Assembly (NCBI GenBank): GCA_038087875.1
Contig: CM075995.1
Span: 4,900,001-4,964,000, forward strand
Reading direction: 5' to 3'
DNA: 64,000 nucleotides
Source: Malacoraja senta
Lineage: Eukaryota
The position numbers and the translations under genes were made by a program. Below the pieces are notes generated by a model. That model had not been told where the DNA came from and made no database searches. It was given only the letters and a program-made list of their open reading frames with translations. Shown here piece after piece: positions 51,299 through 63,305 of this stretch (position 1 is its first letter; each line of letters begins with the position of its first letter).

Positions 51299-51602
51299 GT
51301 AAGTTCTGTGCAATTCGCTGAGATACTGTCCACTGGTGCTTCATAATCAACAACATTCATCTGAGTTAATGAACACAGCTCTGAATGGATTGAGATGCAA
51401 TCCGGTTTTAGACAAGGTAATTTTTTTCCAGTGTGTAATCCCGTTATGCTAGTGCATCCAATACCGACTCACTTGCGTGTCTGTGCCACCAGCTGACGCA
51501 CACTATCACTCGTCCATTCTCTCTGGCACTGTCTGTAGCTGATCTCCATCTGTTAGTTTATGGTGCCGTTTTGTAATTGAAATGGAACTTTGTACTTGAC
51601 AT

Positions 51603-51945
51603 CATAGAAACATAGAAAATAGGTGCAGGAGGAGGCCATTCGGCCCTTCGAGCCAGCACCGCCATTCATTGTGATCATGGCTGATCGTCCCCTATCATTA
51701 ACCCGTGCCTACCTTCTCCTCATATTCCTTGAGTCCACTAGCCCCTAGAGCTCTATCTAACTATCTCTTAAATCCATCCAGTGATTTGGCCTCCACTGCC
51801 CTCTGTGGCAGGGTATTCCATAAATTCACAACTCTCTGGATGAAAAAGTTTTTTCTCACCTCAGTCTTAAATGACCTCCCCTTTATTCTAAGACTGTGGC
51901 CCCTGGTTCTGGACTCGCTCAACATTGAGAAAATTTTTCTTGCAA
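51603..51945 (-). mobile_element. CR1 3' fragment
   Basis: SRTRGHSLRIKGRSFKTEVRKNFFIQRVVNLWN plus tail. Confidence 0.88.
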
Positions 51946-52211
51946 TCATGAGGTATGTTCATTTATATGAAAAGATCCCGAAAAAAGATGAAAGCAGACT
52001 GTGTTCCACAGCAGATGTTAAGGCTGCTTCTCTCACATGACAGAGTCGTAGAGTCTTACAACGTAGAAACAGGCCCTTCATTTACATTTACACGACCTAA
52101 CTTGCCCACACCGACCAATATGCCCCTTCTTCGCTAGTCCCACCTGCCTGTATTTGGCACATATCGCTCTAAACCTGTCCTATCCTTGTACCTGACGAAA
52201 TGTTTAGTTTA

Positions 52212-52481
52212 AACCGAGTCCGCACCGACCAGCGATCCCTGCACATTAACACTATCCTACATACACTAGGGACAATTTACACATATACCAAGCCAATTAT
52301 CCTACAAACCCGCACGCCTTTGGAGTGTGGGAGGAAACCGAAGATCTCTAAGAAAACCCACACGGTCACGGGGAGAACGTACAAACTGCTTACAGACAGC
52401 ACCCGTAGTCGTGATTGAATCCGGGTCTCCGGCGCTGCAATCGCTGTAAGGCAGCAACTCTACCACTGCGCCACCGTGCCG
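52212..52481 (-). mobile_element. HE1-like SINE
   Basis: Reverse-complement SINE consensus. Confidence 0.85.
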
Positions 52482-54179
52482 CATTGTTTTTCAAACGTTG
52501 CAATGGTCCCTGCCTCAACTACTTCCTACAGCAGCTCATTCCATACACCTACCACCCTTTGCGTGAAGAAGTTACCCCTCGGGTTCCTATTAAATTCCCC
52601 CCCCCCTTCACCTTAAACCTATGTCCTCTGGTTCTCAATTCCCCCACTCTGGGCAACAGACTCTGTGCATCTACCCGATCTATTCCTCTCATTATTTTGT
52701 ATACCTCCGTAAGAACACTTGCACTTCTAATTTTTCTTCCCCTTGCTTTAAAGGACTGTTGGTTTGGCATTGATAGTGAGGGGGAAAATGTTTCTCAGTT
52801 CTTCCACTAGTTGTACGTCAAGAAGTAGGAATTGCTGCATAGAACTTGCATTCATATAGCAACTCGTACATCCAACCGAGTACTAGGTTTCCTTACTACT
52901 GTCCATTCAGGCCATTGACTAACAGCATTTAAACGACATTTCGCAGGTATGTGGATAGGAAAGGTTTAGAGGGATATGGTCCAAACACGGGCAGGTGGGA
53001 CTAGTGTAGATGGGGCATCTTGGTCAGCATGGGCAAGTTGGGCTGAAGGGCCTTTTTCCATGCTGTATGATAATATTTACGAGAATGTTGCCAGGACAAC
53101 AGGGTCTGAACTATAAGGGGAGAGGGGAAAGGTTTAATGGAGATGTACAGGCAAGTATTTTGCACAGGGTAGTGGGGGCCTGGAACGCATTGCCAGGGGT
53201 GGTGGTGGAGGCAGATACGATAGTGGCGTTTAAGAGGCTTTATGCTAGGCACATGTAAGTGCAGGGAATAGAGGGATATGGATCATGTACAGGCAGATGA
53301 GATCAGATCATCTTGGCATCATGTTCAGCACAAACGATGGGACGCAGATAGATCTGTGGGGCCACGAGACTGCTGCAATACCCAGTTTTCAGTTCAGTTT
53401 ATTGTCACGTGTACCGAGGTACAGTGAAAAGCTTTTTGTTGCACGCTAACCAGTCAGCAGAAAGATCATACTTGATTACAGTCGATCCATTTACAGTGTA
53501 GAGTTACGTGATAAGGGAATGACCCGAGCGTCGCTGTGCAGCAATTGAACGACTGTAAAGTGCTGTTGCTGTTCTTCTGCGGGCAAGCAGCCACAGTTTG
53601 CACAGATTGTGGTGCTGAAGGGAGAGATTTGGCCTGAGTCCAATGCTGCTATTCAAATAGTGCCACGTTTACCCTGGAGAGCACGCTGGGCCATGGTTTA
53701 ATATCTTATCTTATCTGACTTTTTACATTGCCACTCATTCAGCTCAGCCTCTCTTCTAAGTTTTCATAAGTTCTAGGAGCCCCATTGAGTCTACTCCGCC
53801 ATTCAATCATGGCTGATCAATCTTCCCCTCTCAACCCCATTCTCCTGCCTTCTCTCCACAACCCCTGACACCCGTACTGATCTGGTAGGTTAGCCTGCAG
53901 TCAAGCTTCATTTCATCGCTCAGGACTGGTATCTGTGTGACACCACACTTTATGTTTTGTTTCCTTGAAGCAGCAGGAATGGACTTGGGGTTTTCTGTGT
54001 AGTGCAAGAGAGCGACAGCACGGTGGCGCAGCTGGTAGAGTTGCTGCCTCACGGTGCCAGAGACCCGGGTTCGATCCTGACTACGGGTGCTGCCTGTGCA
54101 GAGTTTGCACGTTCTCCCTATTGGTTAATATGATAAACATATGGTGGAGCTGCTGCCTCACGGCGCCAGGGACCTGCGT

Positions 54180-55205
54180 TAGAAAACATAGAAACATAGG
54201 AAAATAGGTGCAGGAGTAGACCATTCGGCCTTCGAGCTAGCACCACCATTCAATGTGATAATGGCTGATCATCTAAAATCAGTACCCCGTTCCTGCCTTC
54301 TCCCCATATCCCTCTATTCCGCTAGCCCTGAGAGCTCTATCCAACTCTCTTTTGAATGCATCCAGTGAATCACCCCCCTGAGGCAGAGAATTGCACAAAT
54401 TCACAACTCTCTGGGTGAAAAGGTTTTTCCTCATCTCAGTCCTAAATTGCCTACCCCTCATTCTTAAACTGTGACCCCTGGTTCTGGACTCCTCCAACAT
54501 TTTTCCTGCATCTAGCCTGTCCAATCCTTAAGAATTGTATATGTTTCTATAAGATCTCCTTTTATCCTTCTAAATTCCAGTGAATACAAGCCCAGTCGAC
54601 CCATTGTTTCATCATTTGTCAGTCCCACCATCCCGGGAATTAACCTGGTGAACCTATGCTGCCCTCCCTCAATAGCAATAATGTCCTTCCTCAAATTAGG
54701 AGACCAAAATTGCACACAATACTCCAGGTGCAGTCTCACCAGGGCCCTGTACACTGCAGTAGGACCTCCTTGCTCCTAAACTCAAATCCTCTCACAATGA
54801 AGGCCTAATCTGACACCATTCAGATAATAATCTGCCTTCCTGTACATGCCACCAAAGTGGATAACCTCACATTTACCTCACATTTATCCACATCTGCCAT
54901 GCATCTGCCCACTCACCCAACCTATCCAAGTCACCCTGCAGCCTCATAGCATCCTCCTCGCAGCTCACACTGCCACCCAGCTTTGTGTCATCCGATGTCA
55001 CATTTAATTCCCTCGTCTAAATCATTAATATATATTGTAAATAACTGAGGTCCCAGCACCAAGTCTTGCGGCACCCCACTAGTCACTGTCTGCCATTCTG
55101 ATAAGCACCCGTTAATTCCTACTCTTTGTTTCCTGTCTGCCAACTAGTTCTCTATCCATGTCAATACCCTACCCCCAAGACCATGTGCTCTAATTTTGCA
55201 CACCA
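54180..55205 (-). mobile_element. CR1 3' fragment
   Basis: ORFs 54279-54524 and 54512-54754 encode the CR1 RT C-terminus. Confidence 0.9.
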
Positions 55206-55708
55206 ATCGATCCCGACCTCAGATGCTGTCTGTGGGGTTTGCACGTTTTCCCAGTGATCGCATGGGTTTCCTCTGGATGCTCCGGTTTCCTCCCACATCC
55301 CAAAGAAGTGCGGGTTTGTAGGGTTGGCTGGCCCTCTGTTAATTGCGGCTAGTGTGCAAGGAGTGGATGCGAAGGTGGAATAGCATAGAGCAAGTGCGAA
55401 TGGGTGATCGATGGTCGGCGTGGACTCAGTGGGCCAAAGGTCCTGTTTCCTTGCTGCATCTCTAAACTAAACCACGACCTCGGGGGCATTCCCCTTCTCA
55501 ATGACCTCTCTTCTGTTGACAGAGACAGGGGCCTGTTTGCTAGATTACACTGCCATCCTGCAGTTAAAGATTAACCACATTTGGAAGAAGAAACCAGGCA
55601 CTCCTGCTGACTTGTCAGAGTCATCAATTTGTGGGTCAGGAGACAGGAGCAGACTCCAACAGATCAGGCACATCTCGGCAGATTGAAAAACAAGAGCTAT
55701 AATAGATG

Positions 55709-55871
55709 GTAGACAAAAATGCTGGAGATACTCAGCAGGAGAGGCAGCATCTATGGGTCTCGACCCGAAATGTTGCCTATTTCCTTCGCTCCATAGATGC
55801 TGCCTCACCTACTGAGTTTCTCCAGCATTTTTGTCTACCTTCGATTTTCCAGCATCTGCAGTTCCGTCTTA
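55709..55871. mobile_element. Inverted (fold-back) Penelope pLTR pair with 14-bp TSD
   Basis: Arms are reverse complements of each other. Flanked by agctataatagatg at 55695-55708 and 55872-55885. Confidence 0.85.
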
Positions 55872-57044
55872 AGCTATAATAGATGAATCACAGCAAATGA
55901 TCCATTGTGCCATTTTTGAAAATTGTTGCTAATCCAACTTGGATAAGGGATATCACAGAGCCTGAAATGAGAGAGTTAAATTTAGCACTTAGGGCTAACG
56001 GAATCAAGGAATATGGGGAAAAAGCAGGTTTCGGTGTACTGATTTAGGATGATCAGCCATGATCATATTGAATGGCGGTCCTGGCTCGAAGGACCGAATG
56101 GCCTACTCCTGCACTTATTTTTCCATGTTTCTATGTCACCCATTCCTACTCTCCAGAGATGCTGCCTGTCCGGCTGAGTTACTCCAGCTTTTTGTGTCCA
56201 TCTTTGGGATGAGGGATAGATTCCTTTATCAAGTTTGTACAACTGATTAAAATTCATTAACATTCCTTACCTTACAATGTACCTTATTTACAATGACCAT
56301 AAATGTATACTGACACAAAAATGATTTACAAATATTAATGTAGTTTCCTATTCAGCAAAACGTTGTGTCACTTTGTCATCGCTGATTGCTTGATAATTTA
56401 TTATCTCATGTGACATGCCACAGTGAAATTCTTTGTTTTGCACACACAAGGTATGCAAAGGGTTGCCACGTATAGGGCGCTGACAAAGCTATAAGTGACC
56501 ATTGCATTCCCCAATGGTCCCTCTTTGTTCTCGGCGGTCTGTCGTCGACCGACCTCTAGCACCAGCTCACGGGCTCGTCTTCGGCCACCTGCCGCCGGGT
56601 CCTCTCTTGGATGGCTCCGCAGCACATTCCGGGAGCTTCCGACGACCCTCCTCGCTTCTTGACGGTCCTCCTCGCTTTCCTCCAACCCCACCGCATGAGT
56701 TCTTGTGTCTAGATTTTAGGGTTAGTCTTGCCCCAATATGTGCACCTCTATGTGTAAAGTGGGTGGGTGGCACAGTGACTCTGCCGGTAGACTGCTGCCC
56801 CACGGCACTAGAGACCCCGGTTCCATCCTCACCTTGTGTGGATCAGTCTCCAGGCTGTATCTTTCAATCAATGAATCAAAAGTACGTGGATTCAAAGACT
56901 TGGCAGGTGAAGTGGGCGGACGCACAGCAGTGCTGGTGACTGCAGGAGTGACTGATCTCTTTGAGGTAATGGCTTGCACATTCAGCTGATTTTAGCAACC
57001 CAGTTCACAATGCAAAGTGTTGCAAGATGCGATTATGATACGAC

Positions 57045-57432
57045 AGAACTTTATTTATCCCAGGTGGGAAATTGATCTGCCAACAGTCATAAAAACACAA
57101 AATACATGAAACATGAAATTAAAGTGACGAGTGGAAAGGGTGGGGGAACGGGGGGGAGGTGAGTCTCAGTCTCAGTCTACCCCACGACAGAAGGGGGAGG
57201 AGTTGTACAGTTTGATAGCCACAGGCAAGAAGGATTTCCTGTTGCGTTCTGTTCTGCATCTTGCTGGAACCAGTCTGTTGCTGAAGGATGACCAGTGTGT
57301 CATGAAGGGGGTGAGCTGTATTGTCCAGGATGCTCCGCAGTTTGAGGAGCATCCTCCCTTCCAAGACCACCTCCCATGAATCCAACTCCGCCCCCAGGAC
57401 AGAGCCAGCCTTCCTGATGAGTTTGTTCATTC
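57045..57432 (-). mobile_element. Rex1/Babar-like LINE 3' fragment
   Basis: NKLIRKAGSVLGAELDSWEVVLEGRMLLKLRSILDNTAHPLHDTL, a typical Rex/Babar C-terminus. Confidence 0.8.
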
Positions 57433-58369
57433 TATTGCAGTCTTCGCCCTACTGCCTCAGCACACGGCAGTGAAGAAGATGGCACTGATGAGGGCAGGTG
57501 TCCAGAGAGTAACTGTGAACACCTGCGCGACCTCCAGACATCCCAAATATCTTCACAGCCAAATAGATGTCCATTAGATGCAGGGTCACTTGCCCAGAGT
57601 AGGTAAATTGAGGACCAGAAGACATAGGTTTAAGTTGAAGGGGAAAATATTTCTATTTAATAGGAATCTGAGGGGTAACTTTTTCACACAGAGGGTGGTG
57701 GGTGTAGGGAACAAACTGCCAGAGGAGGTAGTTGAGGCTGGGACTATCCCAACATTTATGGAACAGTTAGACAAGTACATGGATAGGACAGGTTTAGAGG
57801 GATATGGGCCAAATGCAGGCAGGTGGGACTAGTGTAGCTGGGAGATGTTGGGCGATGTGGGCAAGTTAGGCCGAAGGACCTTTTTCCATGCAGTATCACT
57901 CTATGACTCTAATAATTTTATTATTAACAGCCAAATAACTTTTTGAAGTGTTGCCACGAATGAGGTACCGGAAACTCGGTAGTTTCCGGTACCTTTGCCT
58001 GTGTTGAGCTCCCACAAACAAATGTGATGAAGCTGTGATAGGCAAGCATTTCATCATTAAAAAAACAGCTAATCAAAAACAACTTTACAAAAGTCCCTTC
58101 CCTTCTCCAACTTCCAACCGGCTATGAAAACAATTATAGAAAAAAAGGGTCAATACCAAAGCACAATATGAGTTTGAGGGTGGGTGAAGGTAACGTACGT
58201 CAACAGATTGCTGGGTCACTAACCTTCTGCCCAATGTTCTCAACCAAACTCACTAAAACAGATGACATGATCATTCATCCAATGATGCACAGGATCTTAT
58301 GCAATCTGCCACATTTCATAAGTTCATAAAACACAGGAGCAGACGTAGGCCATCCAATCATGGTTGATC

Positions 58370-58747
58370 TATGGTTTTGGTCTCCAAATTTGAGGAAGGA
58401 TATTCTTGCTATTGAGGGAATGCAGCGTAGGTTCACCACGTGAATTCCCGGGATGGCGGGACTGTCAAACATTGAAAAAATGGAGCGACTGGGCTTGTAT
58501 ACACTGGAATTTAGAAGGATCAGAGGGGATCTTATTGAAAAGAGTATTAAGGACATGCTAGAGGCAGTAAACATGTTCCCGATGTTGGGGGAGTCCAAAA
58601 CCAGGGGCCACAGGTTAAGAATAAGAGGTAAGCCTTTTAGAACGGAAAAACGTTTTCACCCGGAGATTTGTGAATCTGTGGAATTCTCTGCCCCAGAAAG
58701 CAGTGGAGGCCAATTCTCTGAATGCTTTCAAGAGAGAGTTAGATAGA
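58370..58747 (+). mobile_element. CR1 3' fragment
   Basis: Decayed RKDILAIEG...LGLYTLEFRR...FPMLGES. Confidence 0.85.
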
Positions 58748-59231
58748 CATGTACTAATCAAGAATCTTGTCAACCTCCTGCTTAAAAATATCAATTGACA
58801 CGGCCTCCACAGCCATCTCAGAGACTGTCTCTGAATCTGGAGTTATGCGTTTTCACACTTGTGAGGCGTTGGTGTGCTTTCTTGGCCATTGCTTCGATAT
58901 GGCTAGTCCAGGACAAATTGCTGGTGATATTTACAAATAAGAACTTCTTTTTACTTGTAACCCGTGGCACCATTACGAATGAAGTATCTTTCAATCTCTG
59001 CCATGAAAATGTTCTACATTTCAACTGTGGCTATTCGGGGGAACAGTAGTGAACTGTGTGGAATACACGGAGGTTCCTCCAACACCACTAATGATGCTGA
59101 ATAAATCCAATTTTGTTTCTTTCGTTCGTTCCGTGCGAACAAATGAAGAATGGTGGCCTGGGTTAGGAAATGCCTGTGGAACCACACACAGTGACGAGTC
59201 ATCAGGTTCATGGGGTAATGGGAGGGGGAGG

Positions 59232-59530
59232 AACAGTGTTGCAGTTGGTAGAGCTGCTGCCTCACAGTGATAGAGACCCAGGTTCGATCCTGACCTCGGG
59301 TGCTGTCCGTCTGGGATTTGTGCCCTGTGATTGCGTGGGTTTCCTCCGGGCGCTCCGGTTTCCGCTCACGTTCCAATGAAGTGTGGGTTTTGCAGATTAA
59401 TTGGCCTCTGTAAATTGTCCCTAATGTGTAAGGAGTGGGAAAGCAGGATAACGTAGAACTAGTGTGAACGGGTGCTTGATGGTCGGCGTGGGCCAAAGGG
59501 CCGGTTTCCTTGCAGTATCTCAAAACTAAA
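59232..59530 (+). mobile_element. HE1-like SINE
   Basis: A/B boxes, V core and tail. Confidence 0.82.
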
Positions 59531-59685
59531 CAGACTGGTGACAACTGATGAATGTCCGATTTGCTGCGTGAATGGCTGTGTTTGAGTTTTGAGTTTTCAT
59601 AAGGAATAGGGGGAGAATTTAGGCCATTCGGCCCATCAAGTCTACTCCGCCATTCAATTATGTAAATAATGTTATTCTTTCTCAG

Positions 59686-59820
59686 AGTGCAGAGTACGCT
59701 GGTTATCTGTGGGACAGCAGCGCTGGAGTAGAAATAAAGACTGCCTGTCTTCTGGACAAGACACAGACCAATGGGAACGGCAAACCATGTGGCTCAAGGC
59801 CTTACCTCGCGCGCTGTAAG
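59686..59820 (+). CDS. EEPD1: EEPD1 internal coding exon (135 bp): SAEYAGYLWDSSAGVEIKTACLLDKTQTNGNGKPCGSRPYLARCK
   Basis: Acceptor ttattctttctcag and donor AAG|gtgagt; 45 codons, phase 0/0. Resembles recalled EEPD1 GAGYAGFLWDAAAGMEL...NGHGK...PYLGRFK. Absent from the supplied ORF track. Confidence 0.95.
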
Positions 59821-60342
59821 GTGAGTGATTTAAGGAGCAGCCCTCCTACTGTGGGAATCAGCAAGGGATCGTGCCGGCTTAACGTATAGTTCGGAAAAAA
59901 CACATACAACTGTGAGCAGCGATGACCATCTCCTCTGAACCCCTCTGTGAATCAGAATGGCCAGTGCTTCATGCAAGGAATACTTGTGGTACTTTATGGA
60001 CTCAGAGGTTTAAAGAGCTTTTTTTTCCCTTGGACTCATCAGAGTTTTACTGATTGTAGCAAAAATGTAGCAGGTGCAGTGAGGTGCAGTGAGCTTTGAC
60101 TAATTGAATGGATGAAAGTCCTAGAGTCAAATAGCACAGAAGCAGGCCCTTCAGCCCATCCCGTCCATGCCAATCAAGATGCCCCATCTAAGCTATTTGC
60201 CCACATTTGGCCCATATCCCTCTAAATCTTTCCTGTCCACGCAGCCATTGCGAAATTCCTAAGTAAGCTCAGGCCTGGACTACAGGGAACATTGCCCCAC
60301 TGGCCATCTGTGAGAAAAGTGGAACAGAATTTCAGCTATGAC

Positions 60343-60842
60343 TAGGGTTGCCAACTTTCTCACTCCCAAATAAGGGACAAAAGGTCAAAATACGGGACAA
60401 ATTCTTGAAGGCAATTCGTCAAACGACTCGGCCGTGGCTGGGTGAACGATGAGTTGGCCCGGGTGCTGGACTCCACATAAAGCCCAGCCAGCGGGCCAGC
60501 TGAGGAGTTTTGGCCTGCGCAACGTCGCTCGCAAAGTCCAGCACCCCATCCAACTCATGAACCGATGATCGGCCACGAGAAGGAGGGGTGGTGGTGTCGG
60601 CGGTAAGCGAACGTTCGAAGGTCAGACAGCGGGGCCACGGGCGAGGCGCTGCTGCTGCACTCCACGGGCTGCACTACGTCGGGACGGATGAGGCGGGGCC
60701 GGACGCGGCACTCCGACCCGACAGTCCCCTCGACCCGAGTAGTAGCAGTCAAATACGGGACAAGGGCGGTCCCGTACGGGACAAACCAATTTAGCCCAAA
60801 ACATGGGATGTCCCGGCTAATACGGGACAGTTGGTTACCCTA
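60343..60842. mobile_element. hAT (Ac/Blackjack-like) MITE, 500 bp, CpG-rich
   Basis: TIRs tagggttgccaact / agttggttacccta; 8-bp TSD gctatgac / gctacgac; repeated subterminal (c)gggaca motifs. Confidence 0.9.
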
Positions 60843-61199
60843 GCTACGACTGTGACTGGTCATAAGGAATAGGAGTAGAATGAGGCCATTTGGCCCATCA
60901 AGTCTGCTCCACCATTCCATCATGGCTGATCTATCTCTTACTCCTAACCCTATTCTCCAGCCTTCTCCCCATAACCTCTGACACATGGTCTTCTCACTGC
61001 TAAACTAACGCTTTGGTTTAATTTCTCCTGTAATGGATTGGAATTTGTGGAAGGATTTTACTTTAGTTTCGAGATACAGCACGGCCCACCCAGTCCGCAC
61101 CGACCAGCGATCCCCGCACACTAACACAACCCTACACAATTAGGATTAATCTTCTCTTCACCCTTTCCAGCATATTCCATCCCATAACAAGATGACCAC

Positions 61200-61935
61200 A
61201 ATAGACAATAGGTGCAGGAGTAGGCCATTCGGCCCTTCGAGCCAGCACCGCCATTCAATGTGATCATGGCTGATCATCCCCCATTCAGTACCCCGTTCCT
61301 GCCTTCACCCCATATCCCCTGACTCCGCTATCTTTAAGAGCCCTATCTAGCTCTCTCTTAAAAGTATCCAGAGAACCGGCCTCCACCGCCCTCTGAGGCA
61401 GAGAATTCCACAGACTCACAACTCTCTGTGAGAAAAAGTGTTTCCTCGTCTCTGTTCTAAATGGCTTACCCCTTATTCTTAAACTGAGGCCCCTGGTTCT
61501 GGACTCCCCAACATCGGGAACATGCTTCCTGCCTCTAGTGTGTCCGAACCCTTAACAATCTTATATGTTTCAATAAGATCCCCTCTCATCCTTCTAAACT
61601 CCAGAGTGTACAAGCCCAGCCGCTCCATTCTCTCAGCATATGACAGTCCCGCCATCCTGGGAATTAACCTTGTAAACCTACGCTGTACTCCATCAATAGC
61701 AAGAATGTCCTTCCTCAAATTAGGGGACCAAAACTGCATACAATATTCCAGGTGTGGTCTCACTAGGGCTCTGTACAACTGCAGAAGGACCTCTTTGCTC
61801 CTATACTCGACTCCTCTTGTTATAAAGGCCAACATGCCATTCGCTTTCTTCACAGCCTGCTGTACCTGCATGCTTACTTTCATAGACTGATGAACAAGGA
61901 CCCCCAGATCCCGTTGTACTTCCCCTTTTCCCAAC
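61200..61935 (-). mobile_element. CR1 3' fragment
   Basis: ORF 61479-61994 encodes the CR1 RT C-terminus; tail at about 61200. Confidence 0.92.
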
Positions 61936-62259
61936 CATGATTGAATGGCGGAGTAGACCTGATGGGCCGAATGGCCTAATTCTACTCCTATCACAAGTTC
62001 AAACTTTCTGAAGTGGTGCTTGCAGCTGGAGTCTTAGAGTGCTACAGTGTGGAAACAGGCCCTTCGGCCCAACTTGCCCTGTATTTGGCCCATATCCCTC
62101 TAACTTTGTCCCATCCATGTCGTCACCAGAGACTAATTGAGAATTCCTGGAGTCTGGGATGTCCGGGATGACCGAGTTACACTTGAAGGGTTGACAGTTC
62201 TGGCTATTCAGTGCTCCTCTATAATGTCTCATTCTATTACTTGTTTGACCTCTCTGCAG

Positions 62260-62386
62260 ATTGGAACCCTTGATGTTACTTTGGTCAACGTCCATCTGAA
62301 AGGCACTCTCGCAGATGGAGATAAAACTCCTCCACATGCCCATAAAGTCTCACTGTTTACAGACACTCTTCAGGAAACCCTGAAAG
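62260..62386 (+). CDS. EEPD1: EEPD1 internal coding exon (127 bp): IGTLDVTLVNVHLKGTLADGDKTPPHAHKVSLFTDTLQETLK(G)
   Basis: Acceptor tttgacctctctgcag and donor AAG|gtatag; 42 codons plus 1 nt. Carries the EEP-family LVNxHL motif and TLQETLKG, as in recalled EEPD1. Confidence 0.94.
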
Positions 62387-62431
62387 GTATAGTACTGTAC
62401 ACATGCCATGAAATAAATACTCTGCATGACT

Positions 62432-62712
62432 TCAGTTTGGAATTACAGCGCGGAAACAGGCTCTTTGGCCCACAGAGTCCTCGTACACTAGCACTTTCCT
62501 ACACACTTGGGACTATTTATAATTTTTACCGAAGCCATTTAACTTACGAACCTGTTCGTCTTTGGAGTGTGGGAGGAAACTGGAGCACCCGGGCAAATCC
62601 CACGCGGTCACGGGGAGAACGTACAAACTCCGTACAGCCAGCACCTGTAGTCAGGAATGAAACCAGGTCTCTGGCACCGCGAGGCAGCAACTCTACCGAT
62701 GCGCCACTGAGC
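62432..62712 (-). mobile_element. HE1-like SINE just downstream of the 127-bp exon
   Basis: Reverse-complement SINE consensus. Confidence 0.85.
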
Positions 62713-62759
62713 CACTCTTCTCCTGCTTCCTGAGGCTCTTTAGTCAAGATTCTTATATT

Positions 62760-63305
62760 GACTGGAATTTAGAAGAATGAGAGGGGGTCTTATAGTAACA
62801 TATAAAATTCTTAAGGGATTCGACAGGTTAGATGCAGGAAACATTTTCCCGATGTTGGAGGAGTCCAGAACCAGGGGTCACAGTTTAAGAATAAGGGGTA
62901 GACTATTTAGGACTGAGATGAGGAAAATCTTTTTCACCCAGAGAGTTGTGAATCTGTGGAATTCTCTGCCACAGAAGGCAGTGGAGGCCAATTCACTGGA
63001 TGTATTCAAGAGAGAGTTAGATTTAGCTCTTTGAGCTAACGGAATCAAGGGATATGGGGAGAAAGCAGGAACGGGGTACTGATTTTGGATGATCAGCCAT
63101 CTTCTTCTTGCGAATGGCTTGCACAGCCTAAAGTTGTAGGACAACTTGTTCTATTTGATCTTATTTGATTGTGCACACCTGTTTGTCGAAACAGGGCAGA
63201 CCACGTGAAGGTTGCAATCTCGCATCCCATGATCAGCCATGATCACATTGAATGGCTCGAAGGGCCGAATGATCTACTCCTGCACCTATTTTCTATGTTT
63301 CTATG
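62760..63305 (+). mobile_element. CR1 3' fragment hosting the 128-bp insertion
   Basis: ORF 62777-63034; the 3' UTR is split at 63100/63229. Confidence 0.9.
63101..63228 (-). mobile_element. 128-bp non-autonomous non-LTR retroelement (Vingi/Ingi- or RTE-like) with HDV-like ribozyme head and (AAG)n tail
   Basis: 12-bp TSD atgatcagccat at 63089-63100 / 63229-63240, inside a CR1 3' UTR. The minus strand begins GGG and ends gccattcgcaagaagaag. The head contains ACC-UUCACGU-GGU-CUGCCCU-G-UUUCGA-C-AAA. Confidence 0.8.

Noticed and set aside
56400..56990. Overlapping GC-rich ORFs (96-145 aa)
   Set aside because: They overlap a LINE-type 3' tail and a degenerate SINE head, with no recognisable protein or splice signals.
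62137..62733. 198-aa ORF as a stand-alone gene
   Set aside because: Only 62260-62386 is the spliced EEPD1 exon; the rest is intron read-through and antisense SINE.
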